NCBI GenBank assembly: GCA_048940445.1
Contig: JBHLON010000003.1
Span: forward strand, 32,001-96,000
Length of the DNA: 64,000 nt
Source of the DNA: Promethearchaeota archaeon
GTDB lineage: Archaea; Asgardarchaeota; Lokiarchaeia; Sigyniarchaeales; SOKP01
Direction of reading: 5' to 3'
This document shows positions 50,308 through 60,319 of the stretch, in pieces. Both the position numbers and the translations under genes were made by a program. The notes under the pieces are model-generated. The model did no database searches. It worked only from the letters and a program-made list of their open reading frames with translations, and was not told the origin of the DNA. Position 1 is the first letter of the stretch, and each line of letters opens with the position of its first letter.

Positions 50308-52185
50308 TTATAATAAACCCTCTTTTTTAAGCTTCGATTCAACATTATTTAAATTTAGCCTTTGCAATATTTCAGAAGTGGGCACACCTTTATCATTCCA
50401 CCCCACCGCTGTGTAATATTCGGATTTTAATTTCTCAAATATATCTTTATCTATTGATTTCCCTTTATATGGTCCCGATGGGAGAGGTTCCCAAAATCTA
50501 GATGGCAGATTATCGTCTTGCTCTGATCTCCATTCTGCATCTGGTCCTCCAAGCAATGACACTGCTCTCTGTAATTGTAAAATTCTTAATCCTTTTTCAC
50601 TGAACCAACTTTCTTTTAGTAATTCCCAACCCGTTACAGTTTGATAGAAACTTGCGATTTGATCAAAATCGAGAGTAAAGGTGGTAAAGAAACAATATAC
50701 GGCAGAATCGCTCAGAATTGAGTTTAATTCACTTCCATCTCCATCAATAGGAAGTGCGGCTGATGATGTATGATCTCCTGCTTGAACTGATACGCTATAT
50801 CCAATGGAGGTTTGTGTAACCATATCTTTGCCGCTTTTAAGGCCGTGAGCTCCGATTGCCATGCCTTTAAGATGAATCGCATACTTAAGTATTTCGGTTT
50901 TTTTCATTTCTTCAAGTTTTAAAGCTGCTCGATATATACCTTCTGCTAATATATCTCCAATACCTTCTCTAAATGCAATTTTTCTGGCCAATTCTGCAAA
51001 CGCGTCAACATTTCCCCATTCAAGATTAATTCCTCCTAAATCTTCTTTTGAAAGGATACCCCTTTGGAATAATTCTCCAGTAAATCCCAAAATAGCGCCA
51101 CCTTGAATGCCACAAAATCCTAATTCTTCGATTATATACGAGAGATAAATATTCTGTTCTGGTGAAAAAATACCCAAATTTGTTCCCAAGAATGCTTCAA
51201 GCTCATAGTCGGGATTATCACAGATTGCCCCAGCGTATTTTCCATCTCTTAATACCGCTAACTTTAGGCACGTAACAGGACAGCCGTAGTCTCCCCAGTA
51301 CTTTTTTACCCAAAGTTTGTCGAATTCTTCACCTCTATAACTTTTTTCATTATGCCATTCTTCCTGCCAATTTCTAACTGGCTCTGAACTTGAGTCAGCA
51401 CCAAATGTATATCCTCCTGATCCTGTCCCCCAACGTCTAAAAAATTCTATTGTAAAACAATTCTTTGAAAATTCTTGCGATAGCTCAAGCATTTTATCTT
51501 GATCGATCACATCTGGTAAGGGCCCAAAACCTTTTACGACCACTGCTTTCAAGTTTTTAGAACCCATTACACCGCCGTATCCTCCATAACCAGCCGCGTG
51601 AGCATATTTTGCTTCTACGGCTGCTACTCGGGATTTATTTTCTCCAGCAGGACCAATATAAAGAACTGAAGGTTCCTTAAACTCACCATAATTAGGATGA
51701 ATCTTTTTGATGTCATTAATCGAATCTTTTATGAGGTAACGCATAGATTCTCTGCTAGTTTTTCCCCATATGTGTGAAGCATTCTTAATCTCTACGTAAT
51801 CATCGCAAATAAATACATAACTCGGTTTTTCAGCCTTTCCCGTAAAGATTATTCCGTCATAACCTGCACATTTCAATTCCACACCAAACTCTCCTGCGAC
51901 TGTTGATCCTATAATTCCATTACCCTGGGGAGACTTCCCTGTTACACAAATTCTAGCACCAAGAAAATATCCCGTAAAAGGGCCAGTAAGCATGAGTAAA
52001 ATATTTTCAGGATCTAGAGGATCAATAGTCTCCCACTTATTTCCAAGCCGATCCCATAATATCTTTACTCCTAAACCCCTACCTCCGATGTAATCCCGAA
52101 GAATTTCATCTGAAAATGTAATTTCTTCGATTTTATTATTTGTCAGATTTATTTCCAGAAATTTTCCCGCATAACCATTCACCAT
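50308..52185 (-). CDS. aor: Tungsten aldehyde:ferredoxin oxidoreductase family, large subunit
   Basis: YIGGRGLG, KSPQ, LKCAGYDG, IGPAGEN, MGSKNLKAV, GCPVTC, PDYE, YY...GW...GVP. Confidence 0.88.
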   Translation of the reverse strand: MVNGYAGKFLEINLTNNKIEEITFSDEILRDYIGGRGLGVKILWDRLGNKWETIDPLDPENILLMLTGPFTGYFLGARICVTGKSPQGNGIIGSTVAGEFGVELKCAGYDGIIFTGKAEKPSYVFICDDYVEIKNASHIWGKTSRESMRYLIKDSINDIKKIHPNYGEFKEPSVLYIGPAGENKSRVAAVEAKYAHAAGYGGYGGVMGSKNLKAVVVKGFGPLPDVIDQDKMLELSQEFSKNCFTIEFFRRWGTGSGGYTFGADSSSEPVRNWQEEWHNEKSYRGEEFDKLWVKKYWGDYGCPVTCLKLAVLRDGKYAGAICDNPDYELEAFLGTNLGIFSPEQNIYLSYIIEELGFCGIQGGAILGFTGELFQRGILSKEDLGGINLEWGNVDAFAELARKIAFREGIGDILAEGIYRAALKLEEMKKTEILKYAIHLKGMAIGAHGLKSGKDMVTQTSIGYSVSVQAGDHTSSAALPIDGDGSELNSILSDSAVYCFFTTFTLDFDQIASFYQTVTGWELLKESWFSEKGLRILQLQRAVSLLGGPDAEWRSEQDDNLPSRFWEPLPSGPYKGKSIDKDIFEKLKSEYYTAVGWNDKGVPTSEILQRLNLNNVESKLKKEGLL

Positions 52186-52715
52186 TCATACACCTCTTTA
52201 GTTGCTTTTTCACCTAATATTTTTACTGCAGTTTCATGTGCGAGTTCTTTAGGGGTTTTAGCTGGTGTTTTATTCGTTTCTATATCTTGACTTTCTAAGA
52301 GAATCAAAGTATCCCACTTTCCTTCTTGACAACTAACTGTACATTTCGGTTTACCACCACATAAATCGCAAATTACTATGTAATCATCTCGAGGATGGAG
52401 ATGTGGTATTCTTCCAGGGCAGGCATTAATACATGTTCCACAAGCGGTACATTTCAATTTGTCAGTGATTACAGCTCCAGTAAGATCGTTTATAGATAAA
52501 GCTTCTTCGGGACAAGCTTCAACACAAGGATAATCATTACATTGAAAGCAAAGATGAGGTATTTCTACTCCGGGAACGAACATAAAAACTCTCACTCTTG
52601 AAGCTTCCGGCCAAATTTTCCCTTCGTGATAAAGAGAACACGCAATCTCGCATCTTCTACATCCGCTACATTTTTCATAATTTCTTTTTATCCATAGATT
52701 ATTTACATCTTCCAT
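52179..52715 (-). CDS. 4Fe-4S dicluster small subunit of AOR
   Basis: CSGCRRCEIAC, CFQC..YPCVEACP, CTACGTCINACP, CDLCGGKPKC; overlaps the AOR start. Confidence 0.88.
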   Translation of the reverse strand: MEDVNNLWIKRNYEKCSGCRRCEIACSLYHEGKIWPEASRVRVFMFVPGVEIPHLCFQCNDYPCVEACPEEALSINDLTGAVITDKLKCTACGTCINACPGRIPHLHPRDDYIVICDLCGGKPKCTVSCQEGKWDTLILLESQDIETNKTPAKTPKELAHETAVKILGEKATKEVYEW

Positions 52716-53138
52716 ATCAATACCTCATTACTTGTAAATGGTCATTTTTTATTAAATTTTCTCTTATTTGTAATAAGCTTATACGCAATGATGAAATACA
52801 CATCTGATAATTTAGAGAAGTGAATATTTAAAGCAAATCGTGCTCCAAATTATCTTAATTATAGGGATTAAAGATGTAAGTAGAGATAATTATTAATTTC
52901 TTAAAAGTATTAAAATTTAAACCCAATCCTCTTTTTTTAAACCATTAGAAAAAAGACATGTATAATAGTAACTTTTAGATCGTACATATTTATGGCATAT
53001 CTTAAAGAAGAGTTATTGCAAGAAATTGAAGGAAAAATTGCTAAAAGAATAACATTTACTGTGAATTAGGGACTACTTTTATAAAAAAAAAAAAAGGATT
53101 TTAAAATATTGTTCTCATCTATCACATTTGATTTAGCT

Positions 53139-53831
53139 TTATAAGAACCAATGTTCCATATAATTTGTCAGACAGGATGCCGGACCGACCGGCAATTCCA
53201 TTGGGCCAAAAGGTGTTTCAACTTCCCATATCGCTCCAACAAGAGCCCATCCTCCTCCTTCCCAAATTAAAGGTTCTTCGTCCCAGGGAATTGTCGCAGG
53301 ATTCATGGGATCATCAGGATCAGCTTCATAATATTTGGCTGTAGGACTTAGAAACATCAAAATCTGTGCTGATACATATTTACCTTCAGTATTTGGCATG
53401 GTTATTGGAAATGAATTACGAAAAAATACTTCGAAATTGGTATCAGTAGTTTTAAACATTCCCTCACCCATTACCCACGTAACGTTAATCCACCAGACAT
53501 TAAAGATTGGGCAATAAAAGTAATGATTAGTCGTTAGAACTAATCCATCTTGGAGCTTTCCTATCATCATATACACTTTTTTACCTGATTCATAGATTTT
53601 TTGATTGAATTCTATATGCACTTTATCATCTTTAATCTTTGCCATGATAAAATTCGTTGCCCCAGCAAAACCTGGATCTATGTCATCTCCTTTTGCCATG
53701 ATATCAACCATTAAGATACGATTAGGATTAGTAGCTTTCACCGGTGCTATCATTGCTACAATACCAAGTAAAAGTGACATCGTAATCAAAATTGTAGTTA
53801 ATTTTAATTTCTTTTTCACTACCACTTTCAC
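53139..53831 (-). CDS. Secreted hypothetical protein
   Basis: Basic N-terminus, hydrophobic signal peptide (VKA|T), GGGGTG SD/start. Confidence 0.7.
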   Translation of the reverse strand: MKVVVKKKLKLTTILITMSLLLGIVAMIAPVKATNPNRILMVDIMAKGDDIDPGFAGATNFIMAKIKDDKVHIEFNQKIYESGKKVYMMIGKLQDGLVLTTNHYFYCPIFNVWWINVTWVMGEGMFKTTDTNFEVFFRNSFPITMPNTEGKYVSAQILMFLSPTAKYYEADPDDPMNPATIPWDEEPLIWEGGGWALVGAIWEVETPFGPMELPVGPASCLTNYMEHWFL

Positions 53832-54197
53832 CCCATATTTTTTTTAATATAGATCTTTTACTCGCCTCGAAAGGATTGATCCTTTAAACAAGGCGTTAAT
53901 TTTAACATAAAAAAAAATGTTATAAAATGTTTCGAGACATCATATTTATAATTGAGGCTTCGATAGTTCCATGGAACACATACATTGGGATGGATGTTTA
54001 ATTTTATCCCGCCTTCTATTGGAATTCAAATAAAAATATAAGAATAATAAATATATAACGCTTTCTACATATTTATAAGAGTTCCTCAGTGCAATTTTCA
54101 AAGAAACCAGATTATGAATTTAGGTGAATAAGGAAGAAAATAGAATAATAAACTTATCTTTTCGTAACCTACTTTAAATGACAGGGATTTTTCACTC

Positions 54198-54227
54198 AAT
54201 TTTCATTGAAATCAGATGGTGAATTTA
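54198..54227 (+). repeat. 30-bp direct repeat, copy 1
   Basis: AATTTTCATTGAAATCAGATGGTGAATTTA; 28/30 identical to 56159-56188. Confidence 0.85.
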
Positions 54228-55316
54228 ACTTTCAAAATTGAGGGGATATGTACCCCATTTTTTTATCGCTTTTGGGATTGTCATAATATTATTCAATGAG
54301 ACGCCCCAAGGTAAGCAACAAATAGGGCTCACAGCATATCTTCCTCCAGGAGCTAATTTCTTGATGTTTTCTTTTACTATATTTTCAACATCACGTGAAG
54401 TACCATTGAGTAATTCCCTACTTACATCTATATTCGCTCCTAATATTGTCACCTCAGGATGATTCTTCTTAAATTCAACCCAATATTCAATATCTAATGG
54501 ATGTGAACCATTCACCGCCAATAACTCTAGTTCATTACACATTTCATCAAAATAAGGATTAGTTCCACAATTATGGAGAATAATCCTTGCTTTTGTTTCT
54601 TTCTGTAATTGTTTAATAAATTGTCCTTCATATTTCATAGCATTTTCAAAACTCATCATGTGTTTATTAAACGCATAACCAGTAAAGAAAATTGTTCGAC
54701 TGGCTCCCACTTTTTCAATAAAGAAGTTATACAAATCCAATTGAGATTGATACACTTTTTCACAGAGCTTTAATAACAGTTCAGGGTTACGACGCATATC
54801 TCGATATGCTTGTACCCCTCTCAATTCTTGGACTACCGACCAAATTCCAAGAGAACAACTCAGTTGAAACCTTGTTTTTTCTTTAACAAGATTAGTTGCT
54901 GAGAGACAAGTATCCCATAATGAGATTTTACTATGATCTGGTATCTCTAATCTTTCGATATCTTCTTCAGATTTGCAAATATCACCTTGCTTAACCATAA
55001 ATACTTTATAGTCAGACCATTTAATTACATTTTCTTTATTATTTGCTTCTGCAAATGCCAATGCTTCAGCAGGACCGGCATAAGCCGTTGGAATTGAAAG
55101 TGTGTCTGCTTTTATGAATTCATATGTCGCAATAGCAGCATTTGCATAAGCTTTAGGTGAAGAAAGAAGCTCTCGAAGGGTTTTACCTGATATTCGGCAT
55201 ATTAATTCTTCGCATGCGAGCGGAAAAAAGGGTACTCGGTCAATATCTGATAATCCAGCAAAAGTAGCTCTTATTCTACGGGTAGATGCTTCCCAATCAT
55301 GTGGCACTTTAAACAA
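54225..55316 (-). CDS. UroD/MtaA-family methylcobalamin methyltransferase
   Basis: DRVPFFP, IILHNCG, ILGANID, GGRY.VSPICC.P......NI; coupled to the corrinoid protein. Confidence 0.85.
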   Translation of the reverse strand: MFKVPHDWEASTRRIRATFAGLSDIDRVPFFPLACEELICRISGKTLRELLSSPKAYANAAIATYEFIKADTLSIPTAYAGPAEALAFAEANNKENVIKWSDYKVFMVKQGDICKSEEDIERLEIPDHSKISLWDTCLSATNLVKEKTRFQLSCSLGIWSVVQELRGVQAYRDMRRNPELLLKLCEKVYQSQLDLYNFFIEKVGASRTIFFTGYAFNKHMMSFENAMKYEGQFIKQLQKETKARIILHNCGTNPYFDEMCNELELLAVNGSHPLDIEYWVEFKKNHPEVTILGANIDVSRELLNGTSRDVENIVKENIKKLAPGGRYAVSPICCLPWGVSLNNIMTIPKAIKKWGTYPLNFES

Positions 55317-55959
55317 CTCCCATTAGTTCTTTAATTAATTTCACACCTTCCCAACCATCTTTGGTCCAAGCATCGGCACCGATATGTTCACATGATTCTT
55401 CAGATAAAATGCCGCCACCTAAGACAATTTTTGCTTTAATCCCTTCTCTTTTAAGTAAACTAACAATCTCTGTCATTTTAGATATTGTTACAGTTAGTAA
55501 TCCACTTAATCCTATAATATCTGGATTTTCTTTTTTTGCCATATATAGGAATTTTTCAGGAGGAACGTCTACACCTAAATCGATGACATCAAATCCTTGA
55601 CCTTGTAATAGCGCTACTATTACAGTCTTCCCAATATCATGTAAATCTCCCTCAGGAGTTCCAATTAATAGTTTACCCTGTGAATGATGAGTTCCTTCTT
55701 CTAATTTAGTTTTAATCAGATTCATGGAATCATTAATGGCATCAGCAGCTAAAATCATATCCGCTAAAAAAAATTCTCCCTTTTCATATTTTTTTCCAAC
55801 TTCTTCAGCCCCACTGATTATTGCTTCATTTAATATACGTTTAGGTTTAACTTGTGTATCTAATGCTTGTTTGACAAGATAAGTTGCATCTTCTGATAAT
55901 CCTTCAATAATGGCATTTTTTAGTCTCAGTAGTGTTTCATGTTCACCCAAAATTCTCAA
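55309..55959 (-). CDS. Corrinoid (cobalamin-binding) protein, MtaC/MtbC-like
   Basis: GDLHDIGK (DxHxxG), DLGVDVP, SGLL, LGGG. Confidence 0.93.
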   Translation of the reverse strand: MRILGEHETLLRLKNAIIEGLSEDATYLVKQALDTQVKPKRILNEAIISGAEEVGKKYEKGEFFLADMILAADAINDSMNLIKTKLEEGTHHSQGKLLIGTPEGDLHDIGKTVIVALLQGQGFDVIDLGVDVPPEKFLYMAKKENPDIIGLSGLLTVTISKMTEIVSLLKREGIKAKIVLGGGILSEESCEHIGADAWTKDGWEGVKLIKELMGVV

Positions 55960-56158
55960 TCACAATTGAGTAGTTAATTCAAGAATCAAATAGCTTAGAT
56001 TATATGATATTCTAATAAAAACCAATTTCTATAAAAATTTTATGATATATTTGATTCGTCAACTAACCATGGTGGAAAGATAACTTCAGAAACAAATTTA
56101 GGTTTTAATTTCTATGTATAAGATAAAACCTTATTTTCTTAAAAAATACTCTTAGTGA

Positions 56159-56188
56159 AATTCTCATTGAAATCAGATGCTGAATTTA
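56159..56188 (+). repeat. 30-bp direct repeat, copy 2
   Basis: AATTCTCATTGAAATCAGATGCTGAATTTA. Confidence 0.85.
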
Positions 56189-56318
56189 CACTTCATGAAC
56201 CTTTTTATCATTCCAAATCCAAAATTATAAACAATAGCAATTAATGGACTCCCACTCTTTAATCAATCATCTTTGAAATATATATATTAAATATCTAAAA
56301 TTAAAATTCGAAAATAAA

Positions 56319-57062
56319 ATGTCAAAAATAGATATTAGAAAAGATCTCCATGATTTTGGGAAATATATTCAAGTTGCTGCAATTTTAACGATTGTGAGCA
56401 TTTTCGCTGGAATAACTGGTTTTATTGCAATTATTTTTGTTTTTATTGCGATAAGAAGTCTTAAGAGAGTAAATTATTCCTTAAATAACTTATCATTACA
56501 TGAATTTCGCTCAAAATACATCAAAGGTTATATCTCAAGAATATGTGGTATGGTTGTCTTTATTATCGGAGGAGTTAATCTTGCTTTATTTTTCTTTAGC
56601 TCAACCTCAATTCCAATCTATATCTCACTCTCTATCCCTATAATTCTTATGATCTCCGGTATAATATTTATATACGTAGGCGTGGCAGCCGAAATGAAAG
56701 CGTGGAAAAACTTAAAAATGTTTTTTGAGAATAATTTTAAGTTGTTTCCAGCTTATATGTCTGAAGAGGCAATTAAGGGGTGCGATAAACTAAAAACGGG
56801 TACACTCTTAAGCTCCTTAGGATTTTTAATTGTTCCGGCAATCATCGGCTTTATCTATCATATCAAAGGATATTTCATGCTCGCAACACTAAAAAAGTTG
56901 CCAATTTATGACACTCCAGAATCTTCGGAGCTGCAAACTCCTGTACCTGAATCACAATCCATAAAAAGCTATGAACTAAGAATAAATTTTTGCCCAAATT
57001 GTGGGGCTAAATTATCTGGAATAGGGAATTTTTGTGCCCAGTGCGGTTCAGAAATCAGCTAA
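56319..57062 (+). CDS. Membrane protein with C-terminal double zinc ribbon
   Basis: TM helices; FCPNCGA...FCAQCG. Confidence 0.8.
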   Translation: MSKIDIRKDLHDFGKYIQVAAILTIVSIFAGITGFIAIIFVFIAIRSLKRVNYSLNNLSLHEFRSKYIKGYISRICGMVVFIIGGVNLALFFFSSTSIPIYISLSIPIILMISGIIFIYVGVAAEMKAWKNLKMFFENNFKLFPAYMSEEAIKGCDKLKTGTLLSSLGFLIVPAIIGFIYHIKGYFMLATLKKLPIYDTPESSELQTPVPESQSIKSYELRINFCPNCGAKLSGIGNFCAQCGSEIS

Positions 57063-57157
57063 AATTTATTTAAAATACTTTCTTTTTTTTTAAATCTCTA
57101 AAATTTAAATTCAAACTTTTCTTTTCTGAATTACACTTATTTGATCATTAATGTAAT

Positions 57158-57952
57158 ATGTCAACGATTTATTTTACCAAAAATCCGGATAGAAAAAGAT
57201 TTGTCGCGTCGCTAATACCAAGATTTATAAAACATATTGACGGGAGAGTTCTTATAAAAGTAAATCTAGTCTCATATAACGCGTATCCAACAACAACTCA
57301 TCCTGAAATGATAGAAGCTGTGTATGAGCAAATTAAATCAAGCTCCTCTGAAATAATATGTGGGGATGGTCAAAGCATAGATTTATCAGCCAAGAAGATA
57401 GAAAATCATCCAATTATTGAAAAATGTGAAGAGTTAGGTATTCCTTTTGTAAACTTTTATGATCATTCTTTTAAAAAAGTAAAAAGCACGAGAGGATTTT
57501 CTTTAAAAGTATCGGAAATTCCATTTCAGCAAGACTTTATAATCTCTCTTCCGATTTTAAAGGATCATTTTATTGTAAAACTAACTAATGCTTTAAAGGA
57601 TAAGTTTGGATATCTACCAAAAACCGAACGATTAAAAATGCATACAAAGCTTAAAGATATTCACAAAGGAATCGCTGAATTAAACACTATATTTAAATCC
57701 CATTTAATTATTTGCGATGCCTTAAAAGTAATGGTAAAGGCTCAGGAATTTAGGCATGGTGGAGAAGAAAAAGATTTAGGGTATCTCTTTGCAGGAACAG
57801 ATCCTATTGCTTTAGATTTTTATGGTTTTAAGATATTGCAACCAATTTCAATTAAATTAAAAGATATAGATAATCCATTGGAAATAAAATATATTAAATA
57901 TGCTTTAGATTATGGAGTTGGATCCACGGATTATAATATGGAAGAACTTTAG
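57158..57952 (+). CDS. DUF362 family protein
   Basis: VLIKVNLV...TTTHP, ISLPILKDH, T.ALK..FG, DPIALD. Confidence 0.85.
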   Translation: MSTIYFTKNPDRKRFVASLIPRFIKHIDGRVLIKVNLVSYNAYPTTTHPEMIEAVYEQIKSSSSEIICGDGQSIDLSAKKIENHPIIEKCEELGIPFVNFYDHSFKKVKSTRGFSLKVSEIPFQQDFIISLPILKDHFIVKLTNALKDKFGYLPKTERLKMHTKLKDIHKGIAELNTIFKSHLIICDALKVMVKAQEFRHGGEEKDLGYLFAGTDPIALDFYGFKILQPISIKLKDIDNPLEIKYIKYALDYGVGSTDYNMEEL

Positions 57953-58253
57953 ATGTAAATCTCTACAATACTTGTATCTAAAATAAATTAGAGATAATAT
58001 TATTAAATTGTTAAAGATAAGATCACAGTTCTTAAAGAGTTAAAAGAAATTGTCAATAGAAGAGCATAATTCTTCATTAAAAAATTTTAAAAAGTATTTA
58101 GCTTTATTCATTTAATTTATTATAAATAAAAACAAGTAATCTTTAATTTTTTTAAATAAAAATATTAAAATTTAATTTTGAATTTCTGATTTTAAAGTTC
58201 TTATTCTCTACTAAATATTTACATAATCAAATATCTTCAAAGAAAATTATATT

Positions 58254-59210
58254 ATGGATTTTTTCACTCATTTAGTTTTTGGAGCCCTAATATACATCCT
58301 TTTCTTAAAGGATTTTGGTTTTAGTTATATCTTTCTAGCGGTTCTATTTTCGGTATTACCAGACTTAGATATTTTCATCATACCATTAAAAAGGATAATT
58401 AAGTCAAATTATCTGGAACATCGTGGAGGTTCTCACTCCTATATCATAGGTATAATGATTTCCGGTATTGGTGGCATTTTATATTCTTTAATAACACAAC
58501 AATCATTCATTAACGCCTGGTTTATAAGCATGGCTTTTTACAGTTTACATGTGTCTATGGACCTTCTCACGACTACAAAAATTCCTTACTTATATCCACT
58601 ATCTAAACAAGAAAAAAGCTTTTATGTTGAAAAAGCTGGGAGCTTATTCACTATGATAATTTCAGTATCTTTCCTGGTTTTATTAGGCTTTTTATATAAT
58701 TTCTCAGCCGATCTATCTCTGCTTAATTTATTCATTAACGTTTATACTTCCTTCTTCTTCTTATATTACTTGTATCGAATTATATCTAAGGTTTGGATAT
58801 CTTCAAATCTTGAAAACAATCAGAAATACTTTCCTGGAATTTTACCTTTTTATTATACTATCTATAATCATGACATTATAGGCAATCAATTTTCTTTGGG
58901 CATAGAAAAGAGATCTCATTTTTCAAACACGAAAGGAATTGAAATTTTCAATAATGTTTTAGATGCCAAGGAATTTTCTCTCTTTAAAAAGGGAACAAAG
59001 TTATGTAAGGCAGATTACTATTATGCAAAATGGACTTTATTTCCAACATTTACCAGGAATCAGGATACCTTCTCAATTAGATATTTCTTTTTAGAAACAA
59101 TGATGAGAAGCAGGACTATGTATATTCAATTTATTTTTAGAAAGTCTACACAAGAGTTAATTAGTTTTAATCGAGGATCTGGACGTATCCAACAAAGCAT
59201 AATTAATTGA
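58254..59210 (+). CDS. Membrane metal-dependent hydrolase (YdjM-like)
   Basis: MDFFTH, LPDLD, HRGGSHS, LHVSMD. Confidence 0.88.
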   Translation: MDFFTHLVFGALIYILFLKDFGFSYIFLAVLFSVLPDLDIFIIPLKRIIKSNYLEHRGGSHSYIIGIMISGIGGILYSLITQQSFINAWFISMAFYSLHVSMDLLTTTKIPYLYPLSKQEKSFYVEKAGSLFTMIISVSFLVLLGFLYNFSADLSLLNLFINVYTSFFFLYYLYRIISKVWISSNLENNQKYFPGILPFYYTIYNHDIIGNQFSLGIEKRSHFSNTKGIEIFNNVLDAKEFSLFKKGTKLCKADYYYAKWTLFPTFTRNQDTFSIRYFFLETMMRSRTMYIQFIFRKSTQELISFNRGSGRIQQSIIN

Positions 59211-59245
59211 ATGGGATAATAGATGTATATCATTAATCAAATCTT

Positions 59246-59662
59246 ATGAAGAAAATATATAAATACAATATTATAATTTTTGAATATATCATAAAATTTG
59301 ATCAAAAAGGAGCGAAATTTAATTATGAATTTTTAAATTTCAATAACAAAAGGGCAAAGGGTGTTCTATTACTAACATTACTCCTTCTAGTAAACTTTTA
59401 TACATTCGTGTTTGTACTAGATGAACTTAATCCTAATAAATCTAAATTAATTAATGAAACAAATGAACTGAATGACCTTGAAGATAATTTAAAGAGCAAT
59501 GGTGTATCTTCTTTATTTGACGGTATGTATATTCAACATAATTTTACTGAATATCCCTCAATTTCGGATTCTAATATTACTTATAGCGAGATATCAGCAG
59601 ACATTTTTAATGTTTCATGGTCATTTAATGGTATATATAACATTAAGACATCTAATCAATAA
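59246..59662 (+). pseudogene. Probable truncated N-terminus of a secreted protein
   Basis: Signal-like TM followed by a short extracellular segment that ends abruptly; start uncertain. Confidence 0.35.
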
Positions 59663-59720
59663 TAAATGCATTTAAATACTTACAAGTATAAGATTGTTCA
59701 AAAAAAGGAGTACTAATAAA

Positions 59721-60290
59721 ATGTTGAAAAAAAAACTAAGAAAGCCAAGAACGTTATTATATCCAATGCCGGCAGTTATTGTAGGATCAATTGTTGATGA
59801 AAAACCAAATTATTGCACTATTGCATTCTGTGGAGTAGTAAATCTTTCTCCCCCAATGATTTCAATTGAATGTGGTCCCGGCCATTATACAACAAAAGGC
59901 ATTCTAAATAATATGGAGTTTAGTGTGAACATTCCTTCATTAGAAATGGTAGAAATTACAGACTTCCTTGGTATGAAATCAGGAGTAGAAATTGACAAAT
60001 CACAACTTTTTGAAACATTTTTTGGAGAATTAAAAAAAGCACCTTTAATAAGTGAAGCACCAGTTAATCATGCTTGTAAAGTAGTAAAGATTGTAGAACT
60101 TGCAGAAAGAAAGGATTTATACATTGGTCAGATAATTAATACTTATATTAATAAAGATTGTCTAACTAACGAGGTTCCAGATGTTAAAAAAATCAATCCA
60201 ATAATCTATTCACCATCTAATAGAACCTATTGGAATATAGGTCAAGAAGTTGGAAAAGCATGGAAAATTGGAAGGAAATATAAAAAGTAA
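59721..60290 (+). CDS. Flavin reductase-like FMN-binding protein (flavoredoxin)
   Basis: LYPMPAVIVG, KPN, EFSVNIP, G.KSG..DKS, APLI.EAP...CKV. Confidence 0.9.
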   Translation: MLKKKLRKPRTLLYPMPAVIVGSIVDEKPNYCTIAFCGVVNLSPPMISIECGPGHYTTKGILNNMEFSVNIPSLEMVEITDFLGMKSGVEIDKSQLFETFFGELKKAPLISEAPVNHACKVVKIVELAERKDLYIGQIINTYINKDCLTNEVPDVKKINPIIYSPSNRTYWNIGQEVGKAWKIGRKYKK

Positions 60291-60319
60291 ATAAAAATAA
60301 AAGAAAAATGTTAAAAAAC

